Assembly: GCA_963678315.1 (NCBI GenBank)
Contig: OY782781.1
Span: forward strand, 192,001 to 256,000
Reading direction: 5' to 3'
Source: Candidatus Cloacimonadales bacterium
Lineage (GTDB): Bacteria > Cloacimonadota > Cloacimonadia > Cloacimonadales > JAFGVF01
Length of the DNA stretch: 64,000 bases
Positions 41,501-49,300 of this stretch are shown one piece after another. The position numbers were made by a program, and so were the translations under genes. The notes under the pieces are model-generated. The model searched no databases. It saw only the letters and a program-made list of their open reading frames with translations, and had not been told where the DNA came from. Within the stretch, counting starts at the first letter, position 1, and every line of letters begins with the position of its first letter.

Positions 41501-44500
41501 ATATACTTCGTATCTGAAGCTACCAGACTCTTGTGCCTTATTTAGAACTTCATCACCATCTTCATTGATGTAATAGAAGTTTGTTAAAACAGGGTAATCA
41601 TGAGCTGAATTATTCAATTTAATAAAGTGAACAAAAGCTTCTGAAGAGTCATTCCACCAGTTATCTCCATCATAAGGATAAGCAGGATTGTTAACTCTAC
41701 CAGGGTTACCAGCAAGGTCATTAGGAGTACGAAGAACTAAAGTATATCTAGTACCTTCATTTAAGTTTTGAATGTTAGCATTCAAAGTAAATGATTGATA
41801 CACATTCTTTGTAATATCGTTTGGACAAATTTGTGAAGTACCAGTACCAGTAGCAGTAATATTAACAACTGCACCTGGAACTAATGAGAAATCTGACTCA
41901 TCATAAACTACACCAGACCAACCTTCTTCTAAAAGATATTCTGATACGTTTACATCAAGTTCGAATGAGTTCACAGTATTTGTTACAAAATAATCATTAC
42001 CTGTTGGAGCAGGTAAGTAATGGTTGTTGTCCATACCTAAGAATTGAGGATTTTCGTTATCTACTTTAGTAGATGCAAAAACACTAAATTCTTCAGGAGC
42101 AACATAACCTGTATCTTCTAATCCATCAGGATCAATTGAAAGTTCTACTGTTAATACTCGTGTATCTGTAGTTCCAACAATTTGTTGGTAATCATCAGAT
42201 AAGTTGTAGAAAGCTAATGTATCATTCAATGCACCATCAGCTGGTTCTTGAGTATGACTCTTACTTAATTTTACATTAGGATTTGCAGGATCATATACCT
42301 TTAATTCCCATGCATAAGCAACAGAAGCAGCGGTTACATCAAACTCAATAGTATTACCACCAACGTCAGCTGGATTACTATTAATACCTGTTAGGTCTGA
42401 TTCATTAGCTGGGTTAGTTACAGAATCATAACTATCAGCTGGGTTACCAGGAGATATGCAATATGGTGTAACTTGGATATCTGAATCTATTGCAGGCCAT
42501 GTTGGTTCTGCAGGTTTTTCAATCTTGAATTTCTTAGTTAAAGAAGCATAGTTATCAACATCATAAGGATCTTCTTCGAAATTTCTAGTTTCAACTAAAA
42601 TTTCAATATCAGATGTTGAATTACCATAAGTGAAATATCCTGTTAATGATTCATCAAAATCAGAAACTGGAACTTCCACTGATAGAGTTTGATCAAGGTT
42701 TGAAGTAAAGACTTCATCAAAACCTGCAGGAAGTAACATATTGTTTCTTCTTACAATAACTCTACTTGCATTTTCTGGATGACTAATTTCAATTTCAATT
42801 TTGATTGTCTCATTTTGTGATGAGAAATACAATTCATTTTGAGCATCATAAGAGTCAATGTAGAATATTGGGTTATTTGAGTTATCCACTTCAGGTAAAC
42901 CATTATTTCCACCATCATGTCTTGTAGTTACATCAAAACCTGTAATATGACTAGCATTTACAGCTACAGGAGGAGGAATATAGCCACCAAATATATCTTG
43001 TACATTGATTTCTTTAGTTGATTTATTAACATTACCTGCATTATCTTGTACAAAAGCAGATAAAGAATATACACCAGCAGGGAAGTTTGCCATGCTTGGT
43101 TGCCAACTCATTGTAGTCTTAGTATTTATAGTTGAGTGAGCGTTTGTGTCATCATTGTGATCAAATGCATCCATTTTCACAAGATTGTTAACATCAGCAT
43201 CACCTTCAAGACCAACACCATTATAGAAGTATCTTTTAATTGAAGAATCTTGGTTTTCTAATTCAAACCAATATGTTACAAATTCTCTTCTACCAGGTTC
43301 AGTATCATTAGTGAAATCACGTTCTACATCAAATGTAAAATAAACTTGATCAATAGATGTAACTATATCAGCACCATCAAAGATACCAACATTGGCTGGA
43401 TCATTGTTAGCTTCATTTATATTTCTTGCTATAGTTAATATTTCTGCATCTGTTAAGATGTCTCTTGACATAAGAGGAGATGCATTACCAGCTATATTTT
43501 CAAATATAGGAGCTGCATTATCTACAACTAAATCAAGTTTGTTTAACTCTGTATTGCCATTAGCAACAACAGGATTTGCTATAGGAGGTAAAGCATTGAA
43601 ACCAACGCTATTACCAGCTGGATCAGCAACTGATACTAATGTTAAACCATAAATAGCGTCAGAAACTAATTGACCATCTAATATACCATCCCATTCAAAT
43701 TTTACAAAATTACCATCAATTGTTGTGTTTGTTGTATTATATGTAACATACTCAGGAGTATCTCCCATTACATTTTCATTATCAAATCTAACAACAAATT
43801 GAGATATGTTTCCACCTACACCAAAACCAGGGATTTCAATCTTAGCTTTGATTGTATTAGGATCTGTTGCCCAACCAAAATCATCATCAGTATCTGATGA
43901 GAATCTGTATTGGTCATCATATTGTAAATCAGAAATATTACTTATATCTGGACCTTGAGTATCTGCAGGAACAGGTACATAAGGTAGAGTTTGAGTTCTA
44001 CCATCAATAATATTTCTAGCGTCATTGTTGTCACTTGAGATATTGTTTGCATTTGTCATAGTTATAGGAACTACGATATCAGCAATATATCCACCTTGAA
44101 GTGAAGTTTCTGTAAGAGTATAAGCATAACTAAATATTTCACCATTCAAAACAGCTTCAGCATCAACTGGACCACCAATTGATGATAAATCTATTGAAAC
44201 GGTAACAACATTTGTTGTGTTTACATTCTGAGATCTGTCGAGTTTAAAGATAATTTCATCACCAACTTTACTGACTGGATTAGGAGTGTCTATCCAAGTT
44301 GATAATGGATTATCAATAACTGGGTAAATAATGTTGTTAATCAAAATATTAGAAGGACCGTCATCTTCATAATCGTATCCTGCAGCATTAACATCTGCAT
44401 AGCATTTGTATGGGAATCCCCCAACGTCGCCATCTAATAGACCTGCTTCAACAACATAGTCTCTACTATAGTTATATATGTCTCTTGCTGAGGGAACTAA

Positions 44501-44740
44501 TTCATATAGATTTCCTTCACCAAATAAAGTGTCACATTCTATAGCAACACTATTGACTAATGTACCTGCATCTTGAGTTTCAAGCACTGCACTGAATCTT
44601 ATTGTAGAACCAATGTGCGCTATTTGTGCAGGATTACCATCGGCATCGAATATCTCATGGCTTACACTTACTGATGCAGCAAATGATAATGTTGTCATTA
44701 AGATAAACATCAAAATTAATACCGGATGTTTTTTAAACAT
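32534..44740 (-). CDS. N-terminal part (4068 aa) of the giant secreted acidic Ig-like-repeat protein
   Basis: Sec signal 'MFKKHPVLILMFILMTTLSFA', GGAGG SD, D/N/T/V-rich beta-type composition, repeated 'D.AGN'/'VDN.AP' motifs. Confidence 0.85.
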   Translation of the reverse strand: MFKKHPVLILMFILMTTLSFAASVSVSHEIFDADGNPAQIAHIGSTIRFSAVLETQDAGTLVNSVAIECDTLFGEGNLYELVPSARDIYNYSRDYVVEAGLLDGDVGGFPYKCYADVNAAGYDYEDDGPSNILINNIIYPVIDNPLSTWIDTPNPVSKVGDEIIFKLDRSQNVNTTNVVTVSIDLSSIGGPVDAEAVLNGEIFSYAYTLTETSLQGGYIADIVVPITMTNANNISSDNNDARNIIDGRTQTLPYVPVPADTQGPDISNISDLQYDDQYRFSSDTDDDFGWATDPNTIKAKIEIPGFGVGGNISQFVVRFDNENVMGDTPEYVTYNTTNTTIDGNFVKFEWDGILDGQLVSDAIYGLTLVSVADPAGNSVGFNALPPIANPVVANGNTELNKLDLVVDNAAPIFENIAGNASPLMSRDILTDAEILTIARNINEANNDPANVGIFDGADIVTSIDQVYFTFDVERDFTNDTEPGRREFVTYWFELENQDSSIKRYFYNGVGLEGDADVNNLVKMDAFDHNDDTNAHSTINTKTTMSWQPSMANFPAGVYSLSAFVQDNAGNVNKSTKEINVQDIFGGYIPPPVAVNASHITGFDVTTRHDGGNNGLPEVDNSNNPIFYIDSYDAQNELYFSSQNETIKIEIEISHPENASRVIVRRNNMLLPAGFDEVFTSNLDQTLSVEVPVSDFDESLTGYFTYGNSTSDIEILVETRNFEEDPYDVDNYASLTKKFKIEKPAEPTWPAIDSDIQVTPYCISPGNPADSYDSVTNPANESDLTGINSNPADVGGNTIEFDVTAASVAYAWELKVYDPANPNVKLSKSHTQEPADGALNDTLAFYNLSDDYQQIVGTTDTRVLTVELSIDPDGLEDTGYVAPEEFSVFASTKVDNENPQFLGMDNNHYLPAPTGNDYFVTNTVNSFELDVNVSEYLLEEGWSGVVYDESDFSLVPGAVVNITATGTGTSQICPNDITKNVYQSFTLNANIQNLNEGTRYTLVLRTPNDLAGNPGRVNNPAYPYDGDNWWNDSSEAFVHFIKLNNSAHDYPVLTNFYYINEDGDEVLNKAQESGSFRYEVYFNNYFNTRSVTQEGMNVEFSLNLISADYSQAIVQQVGGVYDGYYKWVWTGTYDGFTESYVTGDSLTIEFSSDLGFSQDDDSVHDFTHTDRSVVVDLTDPVITENSVPTSVDENNNLTLVYEITDADSGVQSDQVKIVCSDNTLIADNTVANDLGNDLYQWIIAIPADYDANTLTFTVTAKDMVDNETSTTADVDITAIPTVANVLVYNADPQNDNIHSFEPAIVEDGNKVNVNFDLTDIERIDAVSITLYTDDNNNVKTEAVALASIVEGNNTIAIEDVATTGLNQYSALRAKVEITHNYVNNLDSSFAESNNALLYPFIDDAQIVVEDIKFFVNGVESLNNEISAEMADQLVIEATLVAYDGMMDVNDVTLNYNTFVADAPIQVSSIFESTPVDSYPRNTFVYRWTNEDFNYDNFVRDGWGWLNVNFTLDVKSTTNFTTSYDEEAVAVAVQDIPTVANVEIHNATTTQHNDKSNHVDMVQDGNKVVVNYDLTDADRIDQVTVYLNNGESFIDNNFADGNNTFEIDNFGAGQEYATLRVDSLVISHPQEYQVFSSSDLTDVTLDVPFVDNNQVVITDFRFYVNGIETQNYFTADENQDFEVQVDVVAYDGHVDADDIALEYKDILAGNATLVNTVLDSEPVTGFVRNTYTYAWYQNAQEQDFDYSQFDVENGFENITFKANVTSNFNFIALEQAEEAVVIETPTFVFHGISPDRYTGMDPEGWFAPEHDVKLEMTIHSIIDDQAFVAEANFDQITDDFPDTRWVLGTVVSNMINDDVFPVWEHVVTWVETPDVASCWNAYDDGEEVQVQVRYEDFFAVNPITLNRGIKVDLEVPVYEDYSIAQGASDLTYAQAKVLADANTPVNQSQRNNFDLTLNDPNNLDSYFFDGSIYIKRIINDHQGVSILPSAVADISAIAGWTVEVLGSEAETDHTLTMIWKLTPNAPVDVENTDVMNVQFNSLEDLVNHENYVGEDYYSPSNKYAAAGPVVEIGFISSDADVQGVVGFQYDGNDRLNSASSKFVSAGNEIGLILDIEPQANDNATINSVEILADTYNGANGQWVTLASNGVTANGDFEYYLNSDITLDAATPVGPLSLTYRITYSTGEVRQATVANVYDVIDITSTELIALDVWSETLGKNSMNYVTPNDTDAHIRLKFRTPTTISAMAKPVATFTDFENVLDVNGPIVSNDADLTYDSANDIWTAEITGLTVRANHQVANETSQLVHAFVTTITGLNSPSSDSFIEFAGEGPLVPIIRHAELVTSGLMNNQADVVNVIALDSDEFINPVLNVYIDCQYQEYIDNVTVGNVNGLTFGDYTVTDTNINNSQWLVTFPVTVDRTQFTEGQSFDILVNSIRNPFELSATVFNHEYNVENVIVDGNDFDITIDAISIQNPTMGDFDFTFTLENFGENANLNYVPELSDIVISSPLLVNDLNPAQIINGVGSLTIDANDFTASAATEGSVEFTVTYKNIYGFTKAETINVLLDATAPIVSTNGFEFVTDNNVYSYVEGANINIEHDWSSIRLYLEDPTMFGTDGSGIANVTLTMDLGAVTPETPAYLARRVDAFNGQFIELAFNNFYTSHDLAEGRYVLNYTVTDALGNVYNNSQEFVNTYEQADVVPVSNVTDLNSGEDVDLEYYISDDLGIVNNVEFEIYYDEDNDGEWEDDAVLPGNPNLKLNPSDDVYPYGFTWDLSDDFYTQYLDNANYPNTNVRNFFVRILVTSSTMRTVTEYVFPYTVADVTAPVVTDVFANNSNNLSLVYDYENTQNNNVDFTALCTNWNDAASVELTVNGDVLTYDLTNPVPVNWIYNADDMGMVNISAVATDFVGNTSVAYDFSGTLDIQNPSYDKSYTLELKDYIDFNQANDSDVPAIYAPNSPVTDNSVKLLATYPNGLHGISQIEFYYEKTDNLTGNVETFNLTNDITINPDFGNSNVINSDQCYYDQGNDLYYSWITVDESIYTNGNNTLGTDYSYRFYAVMIDSYTNVEVVSDPAVVNVDENLRVDFASPSLAYNNASTTQTSWAKHDLGNDRLVVNYTDVDAIDENLVMVTTEINAVNVNVTGNVNNIVVDNVANTITIPWTSVNTLDLEGNVTYAVTVTDINGNTSAIENAVVYVDNQAPQTVIANIAYTTDEDHGGVAVSSLLPYNGTDEISVIASQDENLTIQIDRAAIAGLSTTDTDSWADRTQPWDNNSQDDIYPPVQLYSNVDGNGWIFTGLYDHEVDANNMYQFDISVNNATRIEYAVIALDTRGNIEGDVIPFDGIIDNYQIDLVVNVIPVADLTTNIFNHADGDHISGLEVLTANVAQPAIVQEMRFEYLDDVNGWTTIAPIDNDSQVIDYTFEVSSETINYPVIPGVHVILTSQSGNNDVRYELEEANGLWTIEETLPADVYDIKYYVDMDNNGIIEQDELNNHEIAAVAKTIDVTDYAVQFDTRTFDVDGEYQFRAVAVDNAVATVDENFANIRTLVIDNTAPQFTVTDVRYDDIQGFKVDEKDFDFSVNYDNINDIKNVYAYLVDSANTLFPIVNVAYGAYDTPATNFAMDLTDPFTNIVDGVYDLRVKVVDFAGNDYTVDYANVAGIGSDIHVDVTDPVVTNIASTNTGLYNITHTFTVNYTDYLASLGAVGSELGVKSFEATFTHGTTVDAVNVKTSDNGAQLTFDWTPSQEMQSYIVNGMNNLNVDIAVTVTDHNDHQSAIFNAAQAFVLEGEEPGARIMVVSDLRNNVETYHQTDVETNSVITDMVGNNILDLYAFIPEGNNVIVPTSVSAMISRDNGLTYDAAFDNVGSLGNNPAVIALVDGYDRYFKLTLDASTFTEENVIVKTISQYPFGQIENETSMTIYRDHIAPSIHVTELTDANVDINAVNRGTHYNVSIDGSDNYYLNAVTYKYRYLDADGNIASDWNEMFVTANGNTHIKDLNNENWHVADWNVGLDFLYATAVQIAPEVEDIFGNTESVTDYIVNQGSYYQVNIVDVAAPVVSNITVAQMVMLS

Positions 44741-44816
44741 AATTTGTAACCTCCAAATTATTTTTTTTAAAGTTTTTTAAATTTTTCATAAGTTTTTCTC
44801 TCTCAAATTAAAACTC

Positions 44817-44870
44817 CTACGGAGCACCACGGCTTCTAGCATCAGCATTTTGATAACTGTTACTAAACAT
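44817..44870 (-). CDS. Candidate leader peptide MFSNSYQNADARSRGAP
   Basis: GGGGGAG SD 6 nt before the ATG; ends 76 nt upstream of the giant gene; GC-rich 3' end within AT-rich sequence. Confidence 0.45.
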   Translation of the reverse strand: MFSNSYQNADARSRGAP

Positions 44871-45776
44871 TTACTTCTCCCCCTTTTTTTATAATATTTC
44901 ATCTATATTTTTTTAATTTGAATTATTTGCGATTGTATAGATTTTGTTGAAAATTTAACACAATCAAAACAGCGTTAGAACACATTCTTTTTTTTCCCAT
45001 AATCACGTCCTTACTTACATTTAATACAACTTATTTTTCTTCATTCTATAAACATAAAAAAATTCAGTTAACAATCTCATTTCGTAATATCCTTGTCAAG
45101 ACTTTTTGTTGTTCAAGTTTTAAGACTTTTTTGGCAAATGCAACAGCTTATAATCTAATAGTATATTATGCAACAAGATACAATTCCCCTTAACTCTATC
45201 TTAACATATTTTTTTCTAATAAAAAACCATTATCCCTAACCTTCATAAAAGTAACATTTTCATTAGTCAACTATCTATATATTCAACACTTATGAAGTAT
45301 TTTTATCTAGGGGTTACAATGTAAAAAAATGCTCTTACATTTTTGATTAAAATCAGCATTTCGAAGACACCTTTTTTGCATATTTTTTATATAATTTAGC
45401 GGCATAATCTTGCTTTACTCTCGGTAAACATTCTCACAGCGTTCGAGTTCACATGTAGTCCCTTTGAGAATAAATACCAAATGAAATAACCATCAACGAA
45501 TTGCAGTAATAAACACGAATATAAGAATTCAAAATACACATTTAGCACAATGACACGAAAAAACACAAAGTTACACGAATCAGGCCCTAAACAATTAAAC
45601 ATCTAAACTCGCAAACATCATATCTGTTTAATCTGCCTTATCTGTGTTCTATTTTATTTGAAAGGCCAGCTATCCGGCAGAAGTCAGGCTAAAGACTGAG
45701 CACTCCCTGTTATCTTTCATTATTCACTTTCTATTTAAGAATTATGTCGTCCCTTCAGGACAAAGCAAGATCTTTG

Positions 45777-45817
45777 CGTAAGCATGAACTTTGTTCAACC
45801 TATCGGTGGATGCTTAC
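45777..45817 (+). repeat. 41-bp GTAAGCAT..ATGCTTAC palindromic element, copy 2
   Basis: Homologous to 23485-23525. Confidence 0.8.
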
Positions 45818-45820
45818 ACT

Positions 45821-46023
45821 CTGTCCAGTCCTAAATAATTTGACTGTTTTTCGTGTTATTCGTGCTTTTCGTGGTAAACTTTCCTGTTTGCAGATAAGGC
45901 CTAGCCTTTATGTCGCCCTTTCAGGGCTTTTTTTATTTTTTAACTATTACATGGAGGGCAAGCCTCCATGCTTAGTATATGCCACCCCTTCGGGGTTTTT
46001 ATGGATAGCATCTCCTCAATTCT
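45821..46023 (+). repeat. ~200-bp dispersed repeat, copy 2
   Basis: Direct repeat of 22851-23062. Confidence 0.95.
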
Positions 46024-46328
46024 CCATCCTAATTCATCACTTCTCTTTGCCAGCTATCCGGCATCAGCCGGACTAAAGGCAAAGCGTTCCCAGTAACTTC
46101 TCACTTCTAACTCCTTCCTTAAGGGTCTCCTTGAAAAATCGACCTTTTTTCAAGGTGGCAAGTAAGGAACAAGGGAAACAATGAAGAATTCCTACAAATC
46201 CATAAAGCATCTATGTAAAACAAGTTTCAAACTTTTTTACAAGTTTTTTATTTATGTCTTGACGTCCTTGTAACATTTCTTTACATCTGACATTACTAAG
46301 TTTACAGTTTTTAAAAAGAGGTATCAGA

Positions 46329-49300
46329 ATGGATATTGGGATTAATGAAGCAATGAAGAAATATATTGTTGCTAAAATATCTAAAGTTTCTTCTTTAATG
46401 AACAAGATTGAAGAGAAAGGAAGTTCGTTAATTGAGGTAATTGGAGAATCAGGCACAGGTAAATCATTATTATTTAAGGATTTGATTTCAAGACTAGAAG
46501 CGAAGGGACTATTCCATCATGTTCTTACTCCAAAGATATTTTGTATAAATCACTTTAAAGAATTCATCCAAAAACTAACCAATATTTCTGAGAACGACTA
46601 TGCAAACATAACCCAGCAGAGCATTAAGTTCAAAACTCATGAAAAGTATGATTTCTTTTATTTTTTCTGTGAACAACTAAAACTTAGGGACTATATCAGA
46701 CCTTGCATTGTTTTAATTGATGATTGTAGCCTAATTGATGAATATACTAGAGATTTTATTCACTATATTATCAATGATTTTAGAGACTTACAAATTAAAG
46801 TAGTTACTTTTTCATCAAAGCAGATATTTACATTTTCAGAAAAAATAAATTTAGAGTATCTTAAGGCTGATGATATATCTGAAATACTTTCAAATAGCTA
46901 CCCTTCATCATCAAATGATTTTAAGCACGAAGGGGAAATCATTCTAAATATATCGAAAGGCAACTTATACATTGCTAATCATATAATTAACAAGGCTAAA
47001 ATGAACAAATCTAAGTTAGATATTTCTTCATTTATAGATAAAAATCTCGAAAGCAACGACCTTCATTTAAAATCTATTGAAGAACTAACAGATAATCAAA
47101 GAAAAATTCTGCTTTATATCTACCTCTTAGATGGTCATGCAAATATACTAAACCTTAAAACTGTTTTCACAAAGGACCTAAAGAAAGAACTAGATATTCT
47201 ATGTTCTAGATATTTGGCTGTTAATCATGGAACAAATTATTATATACATAAAATATCATCTTATTCCACAATATTCTCAAAGATTGCATTAAAAGAAATT
47301 AAAGATGACATTGAAAAATGTTTAGAATTACTTGAAGGCTTTGAATTACAATCCTACAATCTTGTTAGATATAACATAATGCTCAAAAAGTTTGATAAAG
47401 AGATATTTGACTCTGCACTCAAAGAGTTGAGCAAGTTAAATGATAATGTTGGCACCATAGACATTCTTAATTATATGTTTATGAAGCAGAAAAAAGCTGT
47501 TGAAAAATTAGATATTCTTAAGCAATTAGGATTAGCACACGAATATTTAGGTAATTATGAAGATGCTTCAGAGAAATACAGGGAATATTTGCATATATGC
47601 GGTAAGCATAACTTCCCTGAAGCGGAGATAATCTATCATTTATCCAAATCTCTTTTTGCAATGAACTCTTCAAACTTTGCTTTGGAGGTCATTAAGAAGT
47701 ATTCTCCAGAAAGTATTGATAGCTATTGGAAATCAAAAATTATCCTATTGAAGGGTGAAATTCTCACTGAAGCAGAAGAATTTGAAGAAGCTGTAACAAT
47801 TATTGATCAAGCAATCGGAAGTGCTTTCCAAATTAAAGACCCTAACAAGCAATGGAATCTTTTAGGTGATGCTAAAAAAGTAACAGGTAAACTATATTAT
47901 TATACTAATGATTATGACAAGGCGACAGACTTATTTAAAGATGCTGAGAACTACTATTCTAAAGCAGAAAATCAAAAAGGTCTAGCAGCTATTTATAACA
48001 ATATAGGTGTTCTACACCAGTTTAAAGGTGAATATGATAGCGCAGAAGAAATGTATCAAAAAAGTTTAGAACTAGAAACTGATAGATTCAACTTGAAAGG
48101 TATTTCTGTGTGTTATAATAATTTGGGTGGCTTGATGGATGACAAAGGTAATCGTTCTAGATCATTGAGTTATTTAAACCAAGCAATTCAAATTCAAACT
48201 CTTTTAAATGAGCCTTACCCTATTACTAACATTTACAATAACATTGGTATTACTTACATGGATAGTAAGGAGTATGAGAAGTCAGAAGAAGCTTTCTTGA
48301 AATCTCTTGAAATTGCTATAAACTTTAATTTCTATCGTGTATTAATCGCCACTTACAATAATCTTGGTGCACTATTTAATTCTAAGGGTGATTGGGATAA
48401 AGCAATCGAATACTATCAAAAAGCTATTGATAAATCTACAGAATATGATGACATAGATGGACTAATCATATCTTATAGTAATCTTGGTGAAATATATGAA
48501 AAATCGGGTGAATTCAATGTTGCTTATGATCTCTATTTCAAAGGACTTGAATTATTACCAAGAATAAATGATGAAAATATTAAAGCAGATTTATATGGTA
48601 ACATTGGATCTGTTTTAACAAGCCTACATAAATTCAAGGAAGCTTATTCTTTTTTAGTTGAGAGTTTAGACTTCTTTAAATCAGTTGATGCCAAACATAA
48701 AATTGTTGAAGGATGCCAAAAACAAGCAATGTACTTTGTAATGACACATAATTACGAAAGTGCATCATATTATCTAAATCAAGCACTTACCATTGCTGAA
48801 GAACTGAACTTAACTAATGAGCTTGGTAAGGCGTATTATCTAAAAGCTATACTTGAACAAAAAGATTCTGATTCAGCAAAAAAGCATATCCAAAAAGCAA
48901 TCGAATTGTTTGTTTCAAATTCTAAGCAATATGAGTTAGCCCAAGCCAACTATTTATTGGCAACAATTCTATCTGACGAAGCAGAATGGGAGCAAGCTCT
49001 CCAAATTCTTTTTAATAACAAGAAATTAATCAAGAAGTTTGGTTCAATTAAGCTTCTTGAGCAAAACGATATTCTAATTCAAAAAATCCAGAAAGAACAT
49101 GAAGCTGAACTTCGTGAGAATAAAGTTCAAGAGGATTTACTCAACAAGTTCTATGAAATAACAAATGAGCTTGGTGTAATTACTGATTTTGATAATCTCC
49201 TTGAACAATCACTAAATAAGCTTGTTGATTTTGCAGAAGCAGACAGTGCAGTCTTCTATCTTTTCAACAATAAAGCTCTTCCGGAGACTTGGGAATATAG

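Noticed and set aside
44733..44789. Second uORF MKNLKNFKKNNLEVTNYV overlapping the giant gene start
   Set aside because: Low-complexity A-rich sequence with a weak SD; likely chance
45400..45414. sigma54 promoter CGGCATAATCTTGCT
   Set aside because: GG-to-GC spacing is 9 nt, not the required 10
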